From assembly GCA_951406725.2 (NCBI GenBank), contig OX597819.1, forward strand, positions 74,834,001-74,898,000: a stretch of DNA of 64,000 bases, read 5' to 3'. The stretch is from Octopus vulgaris (taxonomy: Eukaryota). Shown here in pieces: positions 38,187 through 49,981 of this stretch. The notes beneath the pieces are model-generated. The model saw only the letters and a list, made by a program, of their open reading frames with translations, was not told the origin of the DNA and searched no databases. The number at the start of each line of letters is the position of its first letter. Positions within the stretch are counted from its first letter, which is position 1. A program made the position numbers and the translations under genes.

Positions 38187-38684
38187 TCAATCTCTGAAGT
38201 GCAAGCCATCACTAATGGTATCAGCAACATCGTTGATATAAAATTCCTCATCGTAGTGAACACACTGGGATAGAATGACAGACACTTTCACAGTAACATC
38301 ACCAAAAACAGAACGAGATTGTTTAAGAAGACGGTCTTTAAAGCTTCTTTTAGCATCTTCAGCTTCATCGCGGTACATGGGTTCCGAAATGAAAGTCTGG
38401 GTGCCATGCCCTCCCCCACTTAACCCTTCAATGTAACGCCAGCGGATATGATCCATTTCATTGTTCTTGATAACACCAGCCCCTAAAGGGATTCCGTTAA
38501 TGAGCCGTGGAAGGCGTTTGTAGCAGATTTGAGGCAGGGGCTCGTTCGGATTGCCTGTATAGACGGGATGAAGGGTGATCTGCATCAGGTAACATTGTCG
38601 GTCATCTTCAGAATAGCTCTGCCTGCTGACCTGTTGACTAGCACCGACCGGAGAAACTGTGAAACGAGATGTTGTGGCCATCAT
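38187..38684 (-). CDS. Uncharacterised 165-aa protein in a single coding exon (exon starts at 38707)
   Basis: Non-repetitive, compositionally complex ORF directly after a strong acceptor (ttgtctttgttacAG|, exon start 38707). Tandem ATGATG, the second ATG in good Kozak context (A at -3, G at +4). TGA stop followed by an AU-rich UTR-like region. Family not recognised. Confidence 0.8.
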   Translation of the reverse strand: MMATTSRFTVSPVGASQQVSRQSYSEDDRQCYLMQITLHPVYTGNPNEPLPQICYKRLPRLINGIPLGAGVIKNNEMDHIRWRYIEGLSGGGHGTQTFISEPMYRDEAEDAKRSFKDRLLKQSRSVFGDVTVKVSVILSQCVHYDEEFYINDVADTISDGLHFRD

Positions 38685-38968
38685 CAAGGGCTCAGAGTTC
38701 AATAGATCTGTAACAAAGACAAATATATATTTGTTATCGAAATATTGGCTTAAAATTCTGAGACAAGGTCAGTCATTTCCCGGGGAAGAGGGCAGTTAAG
38801 TCAATTCCTACGATGTTATAAGCAGTGGGAAAACACGACCAGAGATCCCACATTTGCACCCCCCCCCCAAAAAAAAAACAGACTTTTCCATTCTTCCCAA
38901 GTGTTAAACTAATACACCTGCTTGTTGTTTGTTCCTTCACTTGTCTTCATTTGTTTTCTGTGAATTTG

Positions 38969-39043
<75 letters not shown>

Positions 39044-39547
39044 GAGAGAGAGATAAAACTTATTTGGAAATGGATGCGTGGCATTCAATCATATAATAAT
39101 ATAAATATGCATATATATACACAATACATGTACATACCTACATATATATATATATATACACAAGCATGTATGAGTATAGGACATAAAAAAAAAACGTGAA
39201 CAAAATGAGAACATATAAAACAAAAGCATGGAAAACAAACTTTCTTTCGAACAATGAAAGAAACAAATAGAGAAATGAGGCAGGCAACGTAAAGAAGACT
39301 CCCTTCATCAGTTGTCCCCTGTTTTATCTACTCTGTGTTTCGAAGGTAGGGACAAGACGTGACTTCATTAAAATAGTCCTTCCCACAAAGCAAATTAAAT
39401 AAAATTTGGGATTTTTTTTTACAGAGGGTTAAATTGGTAACAAAAACAGGACAGTGAGAAGAAAAACAGTAAAAACAAATGCCGGTTAAGCCATAACGAG
39501 GTATCATCATCATTTAACGTCTGTTGTCCATGCTAGCATGGGTTGGA

Positions 39548-39829
39548 CAAGAGGTATAAACAAAGGGCTTTGCATATTTATTTGTGCATCTTAGACTTAC
39601 AGTTGTTTCTGAGAATCGTTGCTTCTGTTGTCGTGGAATTTACCCATCTCTGCTCAAACTTCAAAAATTGATGATATTTGTTAATGTCATTCAATTTTTT
39701 TCAATTAATCAATTGACCAATTGAGTAAACAGAACTATGAATGCACCAATAATGTATAGCAGAAACAGATGTAAGTCTACAATGCACAAATAAAGAATGT
39801 GGAAAGCCCATTATTTACGCCTTTTCTTG
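39548..39829. mobile_element. MITE with imperfect TIRs of about 65 bp
   Basis: CAAGAGGTATAAAC..GGGCTTT..ATTTATTTGTGCATCTTAGACTTACA is mirrored by TGTAAGTCTACAATGCACAAATAAA..AAAGCCC..CTTG. Confidence 0.75.
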
Positions 39830-42003
39830 TATATCACTGTGAAAAAGACCATAATTTATAGGGAAATAAAACCTTAGATTCACAAAGTCGAATGGTGATG
39901 GAATTCGACTGATCTTGCATTGGGATTACCTGGAGTTCTATACAAATCAGAAAACCTTTTGTTAGCATGGCGTATTTGTATTAACAGAGAGATTAAGATG
40001 TATTTTGCCCAGATTGATAATCCCTTCATAATAACTCATAATGTGTGTGTGTGTGTGTGTGTGGTTGTGGGTACCTCACCCCATACATAAAGTAGAAGAC
40101 TATTGAATGTAGTTACATTAAAGCTGTAAATCTCAAAGAAGAATTGTCACATGATCCAAATATGCAAATTGTAAGGAGAGATTCTATGCTCAGTCATTAA
40201 GTGAATTAAACTAATCTCATTGATGTGGATTAACAATACTGTAATCTCCTTTATCTAGACTATGGTGACTATTTATAGCCACCACATCACATTTATCGTC
40301 ACCATTATTGAAGTTGGAAGTCTTCATCCCTTTTCTTCAAATTTTACTGACTCCAGTTTCATGCAAGCATCACTAAAATCCAAACAGGTCTTCTCAACTA
40401 CCCCTCACCCCGACCCCACCCCTGCACAGAGTTTCTTTTTTTTTGTGTGATTAAATTCTATGAAAGGAAATGTATTTCTACCTCTTTCTCACTCTGAGTA
40501 TTCTGTGATGTGATCCAAGACTTAGCTTATTGTTGCTAGAGAGAGGGGGGAAAGTGGAAGAAAGAGGAAGAGAGAGAAAGAGGAAGAGAGGGCAAGAGGA
40601 AGAGAGAGAAAAGAGAAATAAACAGAGAGAGAGGACAGAAAGAATGAAACACAGAGAGAAAGAGGGGGAAAAAGACAAAGAGAAACAGAGGAAAGCAGAA
40701 AGAGAGAGGGAGAGAAATAAAGAGTGAGAGGGCAAAAGGAGAGAGAAAGAGAGAGAGAATAAAAGGGAAATGATGGTAGAAGCAGTAATCCTTAAAGATT
40801 ATAACTGTTATGTTGCTTTTCTTTGCTTTGTTATTTCTGCAAACTCCAAACGATCCAAGATGCAATAACTGTGGAATCTGTTGTTGCTGCTGTAGTCTAG
40901 GAATGGTCATTCTTACAGGAACTAAGTTGGCCTGGTTATTGACTTTGGTAGAAAGTTGGAGAACTTGAAATGGACTTGAATGGAATAAAATGGTGAAATC
41001 ATAATAATCCACTTGTACATTCTCTAAAGATAAAACCACTGCTGCTGCTGCTGTCTGTGATTTAAGGTTATCCCAAATAATCCAACACTCCACCCGTTGC
41101 TGGGTTAACTACACTGAGGGGCAAAAGAATCATCATCATCATGATCATCATTTAATGTTCCACGCTGACCTGGGTTGCAGTTTGACAGGATCCAATAGAC
41201 CCAACAACTGCATCGAGCTTCAATATCAGCTTCATCATAGTTTCTACAGCTGGATGCCCTTCTTCATGCCAACCAGCGCATACAAAGAGTGCTTTTTATA
41301 TGGCACCAGCATTAGTGAGGTTGCCATGTAGCTTGCAAGACTACGAAACTAAAGGTGGGAGTGGGGTGGTTTTATGGGGGGATGAGGGGTTGAAGTAAGA
41401 GAGAAATGGTGGGAGCAGGACTGACTCTTGCAGAAGAGCTGCAAGATTACTCACATTTAGTAGGAGGTGGTGAGAAGGATGAGTAGAAGCTGTGAAATGA
41501 AATTTACTAAATCTGTTTTGAAAATAATTATTTTGCCACATAAAAGTGTTAGTACTACATAAAAGCACCTGGCTCACTCTATAAAATGGTTGGCATTAGG
41601 AAGGGCATCAAGCCAGAGAAAGCATGCCAAATCAGACTGGTGTTTGGTGCAACTCTCAGGCTTGTTAACGCCTGTCAAACTGTTCAACTCATGACAGCAG
41701 GGAAAATAGACGTTAAATGATGATGATGATGTATTATGAATGACTAAACATTATGATTGACAAACTATTATGAGTGTTGAAACACTATGAGTGACAGAAT
41801 GTTATGAATGATGAAAGACACATTCCAATGATGTGCCAAAGACTCCAGCCTTGTAGAAAGATGACCCACCATATTGACAACTCAATTCTGAATTTGATCC
41901 AGCAAGAGTCTCAGAGAGGACATCAACTCAATGCAAGGTCTAATGGTGGCCTTATAGAGAGGCAAAACAGTCTTGGGTGTCAGGAATTTATCTGCAATAG
42001 AAC

Positions 42004-42206
42004 CGGGGCTGTGGCATTAAAACAAAAACTTTGACTTCTGTACTATTGGCACCTCCGACTCCTCTTTATGTAATGAAGTGATTGTGGTCTGCATATCTCA
42101 AAGCATATGCATACATTTATACTTTGAGTGGGCCTATATGTTATAAGATAGTAGGAGTCGGATTCAGAATAGTTTTACTGACTCCGACTCCAGCTCCACA
42201 GCCCTG
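42004..42206. mobile_element. hAT-like MITE with GACTCC subterminal repeats
   Basis: CGGGGCTGTGG ... CCACAGCCCTG ends. TSD-like AATAGAAC / AACAAAAC. Confidence 0.65.
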
Positions 42207-44276
42207 AACAAAACAGGTGACATCTACTGAGAATATTTATTATTGATTCATTACTTCAAAATACCTGCATCAGTTGTTAATTACCAAGACATTGCACCCT
42301 TTAAAACCTCCATGCTTCCTGAAATTCGCCAACACTACACCTGATATCCCCCACCCTCCATACACATGCACACATGTATATCATGACTCTTACACTGTTC
42401 ACTTTCCTGACTTTTGTACATAATTCTATGTACTGAACATGCACCTTTGATGGGTTGTGGTGCACCTGAGCATTATACACAATAATTTCATAATTATCAT
42501 TTCATTACATGAAAAGGAAGTTAAAATACTTAACCTTTTAGAAGGGCCCTTGTTATTTAGCTGTCATTTATACTCCATAAAATATGCAAGAGGTGGAAGC
42601 TTTGTGCCAGTCAGGGAAATCTGTAATAATGGTTTCAAATTCTGGCACAAGGCCAGTAATTTTAGGGGATTACATTGACCCCGGTGTGTAACTGGTACTT
42701 ATTTTATCGACCCCAAAAGGATGAAAGGCAACATCGACCTCAACAGAATTAGAACTAAGAATGTAAAGACTAACAAAATGCACTAAGCATTTCACCTAGC
42801 ATGTAAACAATTCTGCCACACCACCATCTTAACTTATTTAAATAATGACATCTTTTTGATAATTAGGTCTAATTTGTTAATACTGATTGTTGTTAATTAA
42901 TGTGAATAATGACTTTAAATGTAAATTATAAGTTAACTCTTGACTGAAACACTTTTGGAAGATGTGAAGTGACCTTTTCACATATTGTGTGACTGATTAT
43001 ATGCCATGACTTGTCTAACACACAGCTCTGCATTTTGTCTGGCATGCTAAAGATTCTGCCAGCTTGCCGCCTTAGAAATAATAATAATAATTGCAATAAT
43101 AATAATAATAATAATAATAATGATAATAATAATAATCTTTTCTACTCTAGGCACAAGCGGTTGGTGTTAAGAAGGGCATCCAGCCATAGAACCCATGCCA
43201 CAAAAGACAGTTGGAGTTTGGACAGCTTCCTGCTAACTAGTTCCATATCAAACCGTCCAACCTATGCCAGCATGGAAAGCAGGCAATAAACGATGATGAT
43301 GATGATTATACGTGATGAAAAGAAAAACAAAAAAAAAAAATTAGAGAAATATATTTGCAATAACAATAAAAATAACGAAAAGCAGAGTTGTTTTTCAGTA
43401 TAATGTTGGCAAATGTCCAACAGATGATTCTGCTCTTTAACAGATAGAAAATTCTTATAATAACGGTATCTCTGGAGAAAACACTTGCACAATATCACAC
43501 ACACACAGCTCACATATAAAGACCACACAAACACATAGAGACGATACAAAAGCTACACACACACACACACACACACACACAAATGGCAACAAATATCAAA
43601 CAAAATAAACCCCAAAATAACAGAGAACGGAGAGAGAGAGAGAGAGAAAAAGAGTAACACTTATAGATTATAATTGATACATGTGTGTGTCTGTGTGTCC
43701 ACGTGTGTACGTGTTTGTCTCCCTAATTTGCTTTTAGGTGACATTCATTGACAAACAGGGTTTCTTTATGATCCCCTAATTTAGTGCTTCAGTCAAACAG
43801 ACACCAAAAGAATAAATATTCTTTTATTTTAAGGTTAAAGACAATAAGGCTGATTTCATCTAATAAAATCCACCGAGCCAATGCTCCAGCTTAGCCACGC
43901 TCTAATGACTAAAAAGGTTTCAAGAGTATCACTCTGCTAGAAGACATGATAAAAACCTGTCTGAAAGTAATTAGGATAATTAATCAGGATGGGTCACGTG
44001 ACTTCCGCAGAAATGAAGTAGTTTCGTTCTCTTATATCACATGCTGGGTGTCTCCTAAGTTGTTCTTCAGCTACAGGTTAGCCCTTATTGCACACATGTA
44101 TAATCTGAATTATTCCATGCGTGCCCACCTCGCCTATCTTATATTTAACTCAACTATATGTTTTCTTCTCTAAAATAGATTCAACGTGGTGTGAGATTTG
44201 ACTACTATTTCTAGCAAGCAGTGTGACCATGTAGAGGCTCGCTCGTTTGTTTGTTGTGCCAAAGTACATCTATCGT

Positions 44277-44947
44277 CATACCTACACAAGCCTGCCTTCC
44301 CTCCTGACTTTATTTCCTCATAACTCCCAGAAATCTTCTATAAATACGCTTTAAATGATGTCCATTCTGATTAAATCGGAATTTTTCCAAAGATGAGGAG
44401 AGGAGTTTCTGAAAATTCGTAAAAAGGTGGATTTGTTTCCTCAAAACATTCAGAAAAATGGATATTTTATTCTGAAATTTTCTCCAAATACTTTCCAGAT
44501 TACGATTATAATGGAATTCTATATGATAAAAAAAAAAAAAAGAAGGCAAAATGCTGGGCTCGCACACCTACATATTGCTACACCTCATATTTTTTTGAAA
44601 TTTCAAGTTTCACTTTGTAATGTGTGTCAGTATGTATGCGTGCGAGTCCCCAGGTTTCTTTTCATATTAAATTCCGATATAATTGTTATCTATTCCATCT
44701 GAAACGTATTTATAGAAAATTTCCTTTAGAAATATCCATTTTCCGGATAGTTTAGAGAAAACAAAGCCGACTCCTATGGATTGTCCGAAACTCCTCTCCC
44801 CGCGCTCGGAAAAACTGTTTCACCAGAAATTCTGATATAATCGAAATCTACACCATTTGAAGCATATTTCTAGAAAATTCCAGAAAATTCCATTTTTCTG
44901 GAGGTTATGAAGAAACAAAATCGGGAGGGCACACTTGTGTAGGTATG
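44277..44947. mobile_element. Foldback element, older copy of the 155-bp-unit family
   Basis: Terminal CATACCTACACAAG (44277-44290) / CTTGTGTAGGTATG (44934-44947), with diverged inverted arms of about 250 bp. Confidence 0.75.
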
Positions 44948-46209
44948 CCCATCATCCTCGTTCATCACAGGGGTTTGGTTCCAAAACAGTGATAAATGAA
45001 TCGACGATCAACGTGACTACATACGGGCGTTGTTTAGCCGCAGGTCAAACAAGATTAAGCAAAGCTGTGATCAAAAGGGTTCCAGCCATGACCAACCTGT
45101 CTTTTTAGGGATGTCACAACGTCGTTAGGTCGTAGTCAAGATAGCCCATCCCAATGGAGTAGGGTTCTCCATGTGAAATCGAAACTGGTTTACCAAACTT
45201 GACCAAGGTAGAATCCTCATGGTCAAGTTCCCCACACCCCAATCTCAAACCAATTCTACAAATTCTACTCAAAATGTAATATTGAAGCATTCTAGCCACG
45301 GACACACCATCCTATTTCTGAACATAGTATATCAAAGAGTACATTATCCAATATGTACATGCTGTCTTTAAAACGTCAGTGTAGTTTAGAGGAAATTTGG
45401 CTGCTATTTCTAGTACATCAAACCATCATGTAGACACGACCTCGTCAGCTTGTGTTTGTGAGAGAGGGTGGATGGGAAAGAGCTGCAAGCTGCTTAACTT
45501 AGATAATGATGCCACCCGAAAATAGTAGAACAGTACACACGCGCGCGCGCACACACATACACACACACCTGCCTGAGTAAACAACACTCACCCCCACCTC
45601 TCTTTCTCTCTCTCTCTCTCACATACACGCACGGAACTTGCGAAGGGGGTGCGGTTGTCGATCGTAAAAAAAAAAAAAAGGTTTGTGCCTTCTTAATGTA
45701 TTTTGCTGTTATTTCAGGAATTAAAAAACTATGTCAAAGAATTTAAGTAAATAACCAAACTTTTAGCTACACCTTTCTTATTTTTGGCATTTGCCCTTTA
45801 AATACCAGTTTTACACAAATGTGTGTGTGTGTCCTGAATACTTTTTTGTAGCGTGCAAATTTTAGTTTATTATTTTATTTATTTATTTATTTATTTATTT
45901 TAGAAAGAAATGATTACAGTGATTTCGAAGTTTCAAATTACCAGCTGTCGAAACTTCGACGTTGCTGTCAACTTTTTCTTTGTAAACATTTATATAAGCA
46001 TATCATTTATTATATGAAATCACAAAATAGCACAAAAAAATAAAAAGCCTTCAGGACGTCGCAGCAGATTTTTGGTTATTAGAATATGACGGAAAAGAAT
46101 TTAAGTAAATAACCAAACTTTTAGCTACACCTTTCTTATTTTTGGCATTTGCCCTTTAAATACCAGTTTTACACAATTAAATGTGTGTGTGTGTCCTGAA
46201 TACTTTTAT

Positions 46210-46405
46210 CGGAGATGCACTTGCATAGCAAGTGACCTGATCTGATATCGTGTGCTGGAACGAAAACAATTGCAGCGTGGAAGGCGTTTATAAGCCATTT
46301 AAGAAACACACAAAATCCGTTAGATTCACTTCAACATTTAAATTTAATTTGTCAAAATATTTTCGTCGCTTTGAGACCTCGAACTGTTCACTAACAAAAT
46401 TCGTG
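46210..46405 (-). mobile_element. Penelope-like terminal repeat fragment (family E) with hammerhead-like motif
   Basis: Homologous to 54083-54448(+). The minus strand reads TTTGTTA-GTGAACA-G-TTCGA...GCGAC-GAAA-ATATTT-TGACAAA. Confidence 0.65.
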
Positions 46406-46691
46406 CTGTAATGTTTCTAATCGACATTAAAATTAAATATAAACAAAATAAAACGGTGAATAAATATGCACACATTCATTTATGAATAAATTTTATATAT
46501 TACATTTGCAGGTTGCTTGCAAAACAAATATTGCATTTTATATCTTCTGGTCGAAGTCGTAAGTTTCCGTATTATTTTCCGCAATATGCATCATTTTAAA
46601 TTTCATGCGTTTTGGTTTTGTTTTTCTTTTTAAAGGGTCACATCAGAAAAAGAAGATAAATGAATACAATAGCATCAACAAAACCCTTTTC

Positions 46692-47590
46692 GGTTAACGT
46701 TTACAACATGACCCGGAAACGAAATTCAGAAAAAAATAGTGCAATAAGGTGTAAAAAAAAAAATGCGTAGGAAATGAATATGAAAAAAAAAAGGCGTGCA
46801 AAGTAACGGGAGGGTGGGGAGATGACCTCGGAAAATTCACAAGATCCGAATTTTTCCCTCGTAACTTTTAGGAAAATGGGGTTTTTTTTCAATGAAATTT
46901 TATAGAAATACCTTTCAAACGGCATACATTACGATTATAAAGAAATTTGTGGGGAAAATCTTTTTCCAAAGGGGTGGAGAGAGGACTTCGGAAAATTCAC
47001 AAGATCCGAGTTTTTCCCTTGTAATTGTTAGTAAAATGTTTTGTTTTCTTTTGATTGAAATTTTGTTTAAATACCTTTCAAACAGCATACATTACGATTA
47101 TAAGGTAATTTGTAGGGAAAATCTCCAGGTGGGGAGAGGACTTTCGGAAAATTCCCAAGATCCGAATTTTTCCTAATTATATTCCGAAATCACATTCATC
47201 TTTCTACAGATACCCTAGCATAGTACTACTATGCTACGTAGTGTTTATTTCTACCCACTTTCAATTTTTAATGTTTTGGCTTCAATTTTGTTTCATTTTA
47301 GCTTTAATTATTTTTACGCTAACCTTTCCGTCGTTATTCTCATTCACTCGTTATTACTTTCTCTGTGTATATATATATATTTCTTTACTACCCACAAGGG
47401 GCTAAACACAGAGGGGACAAACAAGGACAGACAAACGGATTAAGTCGATTACATCGACCCCAGTGCGTAACTGGTACTTAATTTATCGACCCTGAAAGGA
47501 TGAAAGGCAAAGTCGACCTCGGCGGAATTTGAACTCGGAACGTAACGACAGACGAAATACGGCTACGCATTTCGCCCGTGCTAACGTTTC

Positions 47591-47653
<63 letters not shown>

Positions 47654-48061
47654 TACATACATGCATTATTTATATATATATATACATACATACATACAGC
47701 TATATACATCATTGAAAAAAAAAACCCATTTTCCTAAAAGATATGAGGGAAAAACTCGAATCTTGTAAATTTTCCGAAGTCCTCTCCCTGGAAAAGGTTT
47801 TACCCACAAATTTCTTTATAATCGTAATGTATGTCGCTTGAAAGGCATTTATATAAAATTTCATTGAAAAAAAACCCATTTTCCTAAAAGTTACGAGGGA
47901 AAAACTCGGATCTTGTGAATTTTCCGAGGTCCTCTGCCCACTCTCCCGTTGCTTTGCGCGCATTTTTTTTTTTTCATATTCGTTTCCTACACCTTTTTTA
48001 ACACTTATTGCACTATTTTTTCTTGATTTTCGTTTCTGGGTCAAGTTGTAAACATTAACCG
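46692..48061. mobile_element. Foldback element with modular inverted arms built of about 155-bp tandem units
   Basis: 46692-47180 is the reverse complement of about 47712-48061. The unit 'GGAAAATTCACAAGATCCGAGTTTTTCCC' recurs at about 46830, 46991, 47146 (+) and 47750-47785, 47900-47935 (-). The loop contains a SINE and (TA)n(GA)n. Confidence 0.9.
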
Positions 48062-48918
48062 AATTTTCTTTTTATCCAGATAACGTAAATGTTGCGTCAT
48101 TTCCTTAAATTGTGAGGATAGTTGGGCGTTCCTTCGAAGATGGTATCAACAAAGGGAAAATGAAAATTGGTAATGTCCGTAATTTTTTACATTTCTTTAA
48201 TGATATACATACATGCACATATACTTACATACGCAAACATACATGCACGTGGCTTTTAGTTTTATCATAGAGTAGAATAACTTTGGAGTCGCATCGACAG
48301 ATTCCAGTAATAATCTGGAAAAACCAACAGCCTCTTTAGTTCGGTCAGACGATCAACTGCCGCCATCAAACACCACCACCATCAACTTTGAGTTACTCGT
48401 TAAGTGTAAAATATACTTTCAACTTGTTCGTCACACACAAGTAACCATCGTGTCCGGACCGCAACCTCCGCCACCGCTACGCCACTGTTAGGAGAGATTT
48501 TTGAGTTTGCAGATGCTACTTCTCATCCCCTCTAAAACAACCTTCGTGTGTGTGTGTGTGTGTGTGAAGGCCCGTGGTTTAGTGGTTAGGGTATTCGACT
48601 CACGATCGTAAAGTCGCGCGTTCGATTCCCAGCGGCGCATTGTGTCCTTGAGCAAGAGACTTTATTTCACATTGCTCCAGTCCACTCGGCTGGCAACAAT
48701 GAGTTGTAGCTGTATTTCAAAGAGCTCAGCCTTGTCACGATCAGTCTCACGCTGAATCTCTCTGAGAACTACGTTAAGGGAACACGCGGCTGTAGGGTGC
48801 TCAGCTACTTGCACGTTAATCTCACGAATAGGCTGTTCCGTTGATCGGATCAACTAGAAGCCTCGCCGTCGTAACCGACGGAGTACCAGTTGTGTGTGAT
48901 CAATTTATATAATATTGA

Positions 48919-49981
48919 CTAGCTATTTCGACCCGTGCTTCGCTCGGATTTTGGTGGTGGTGTTGTCTCCTTTTCCCTTTCTTCTTTTGTTCGTCTTCTT
49001 TGCCTGGTTCTTTTTATTGCTCTCTTCTTTTTCTTTTTCTTATTTAAAAAGTTTTTCTTCGTCTTTATCTTCTTCCACTCTTTCTTTTCTCCTTATCATC
49101 TCCATAGCTAATGGCATCGCAGCGCTTCGCGCTGCTCGCCGTCGCTGCACGACGCTAATGACCGCCCCAAAAGACCCACTTTACCCGCGATTAGAAAGAA
49201 GCCTTATGTAGCCTTATCTTCAACCCCAAAACAATTGAGTCAGGAAGACATCAAAATTGGTTTTAATTATAAAAATATATTCTAACTACATGTTAAATAC
49301 CATAAAAGATTCAGAATACAAATTGGTAGAAAAATATGGAACGATTAAGCGGAGAAAAAAATTGATAATCCAAGCAAACTTGGTCGCGGCCAAGTCGACA
49401 AAATAATTACACTTTTACGCGTGCACATAAAATCACAAAAATAATTCAAAGTTACTTAAAATTTTCCAAAATTTGATACTTTTTTCTGGTATATTTTGAT
49501 AGTTCATGATGCAAATAAAAGCTAAAATTTTGGCCTTTAACACATGCCATTTTAACCCATGTCAACCAAATAACGCAAACAGAAAAAAAAATTAAATCTA
49601 AAAATAGGGCAAAAATGTACTCTTTTTAAAAGTTGAAAAATTTTACCCCACTTTCCAAAATTCCCCAAATTTTTACACCCACAGTTAAAGATAACCGCCT
49701 CTAGCCCCTGCAGCAACACGAAAAGCCACCATTATTCAAACAGCGCAACCTGTCTGTCCCATAAAACTCAATTTTTCCCATATTCCTCACCATGGTAACC
49801 AAACGATAGCCCCGAGCGACTTGCAACCCTCCTCACACCATTTTACCACCCCTCCGTGTAAATTTTGGCCCCCAATCCGACCCCATCTACCCCCCCCCCC
49901 TTAAACCGTTCCCGTTCCAAAATGAAACAAATAACCAAGAAATCAAACAACTTTTTCGCATTTCAGCTTTATAGATATTGA
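48919..49981 (-). mobile_element. Non-autonomous Helitron
   Basis: On the minus strand A|TC at 49981, 3' hairpin CCGAGC-GAA-GCACGG, then CTAG|T at 48922-48919. Confidence 0.8.

Noticed and set aside
39290-39365. Minus-strand GTC-ttgtccc...gggacaa-CTGATGA resembling a type III hammerhead
   Set aside because: No stem II plus GAAA follows the CTGATGA, and only one copy is in the window. At best a decayed Penelope-like remnant.
40536-41093. 185-aa minus-strand ORF as an N-terminal coding exon of the 38-kb gene
   Set aside because: Its C-terminal half is (CT)-rich low-complexity sequence, and its phase-0 donor does not match the phase-1 acceptor at 38707.
48915-49211. Hydrophobic 98-aa ORF and the Lys-rich antisense frame
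   Set aside because: Low-complexity purine/pyrimidine tract inside a Helitron. The antisense frame has an internal stop.
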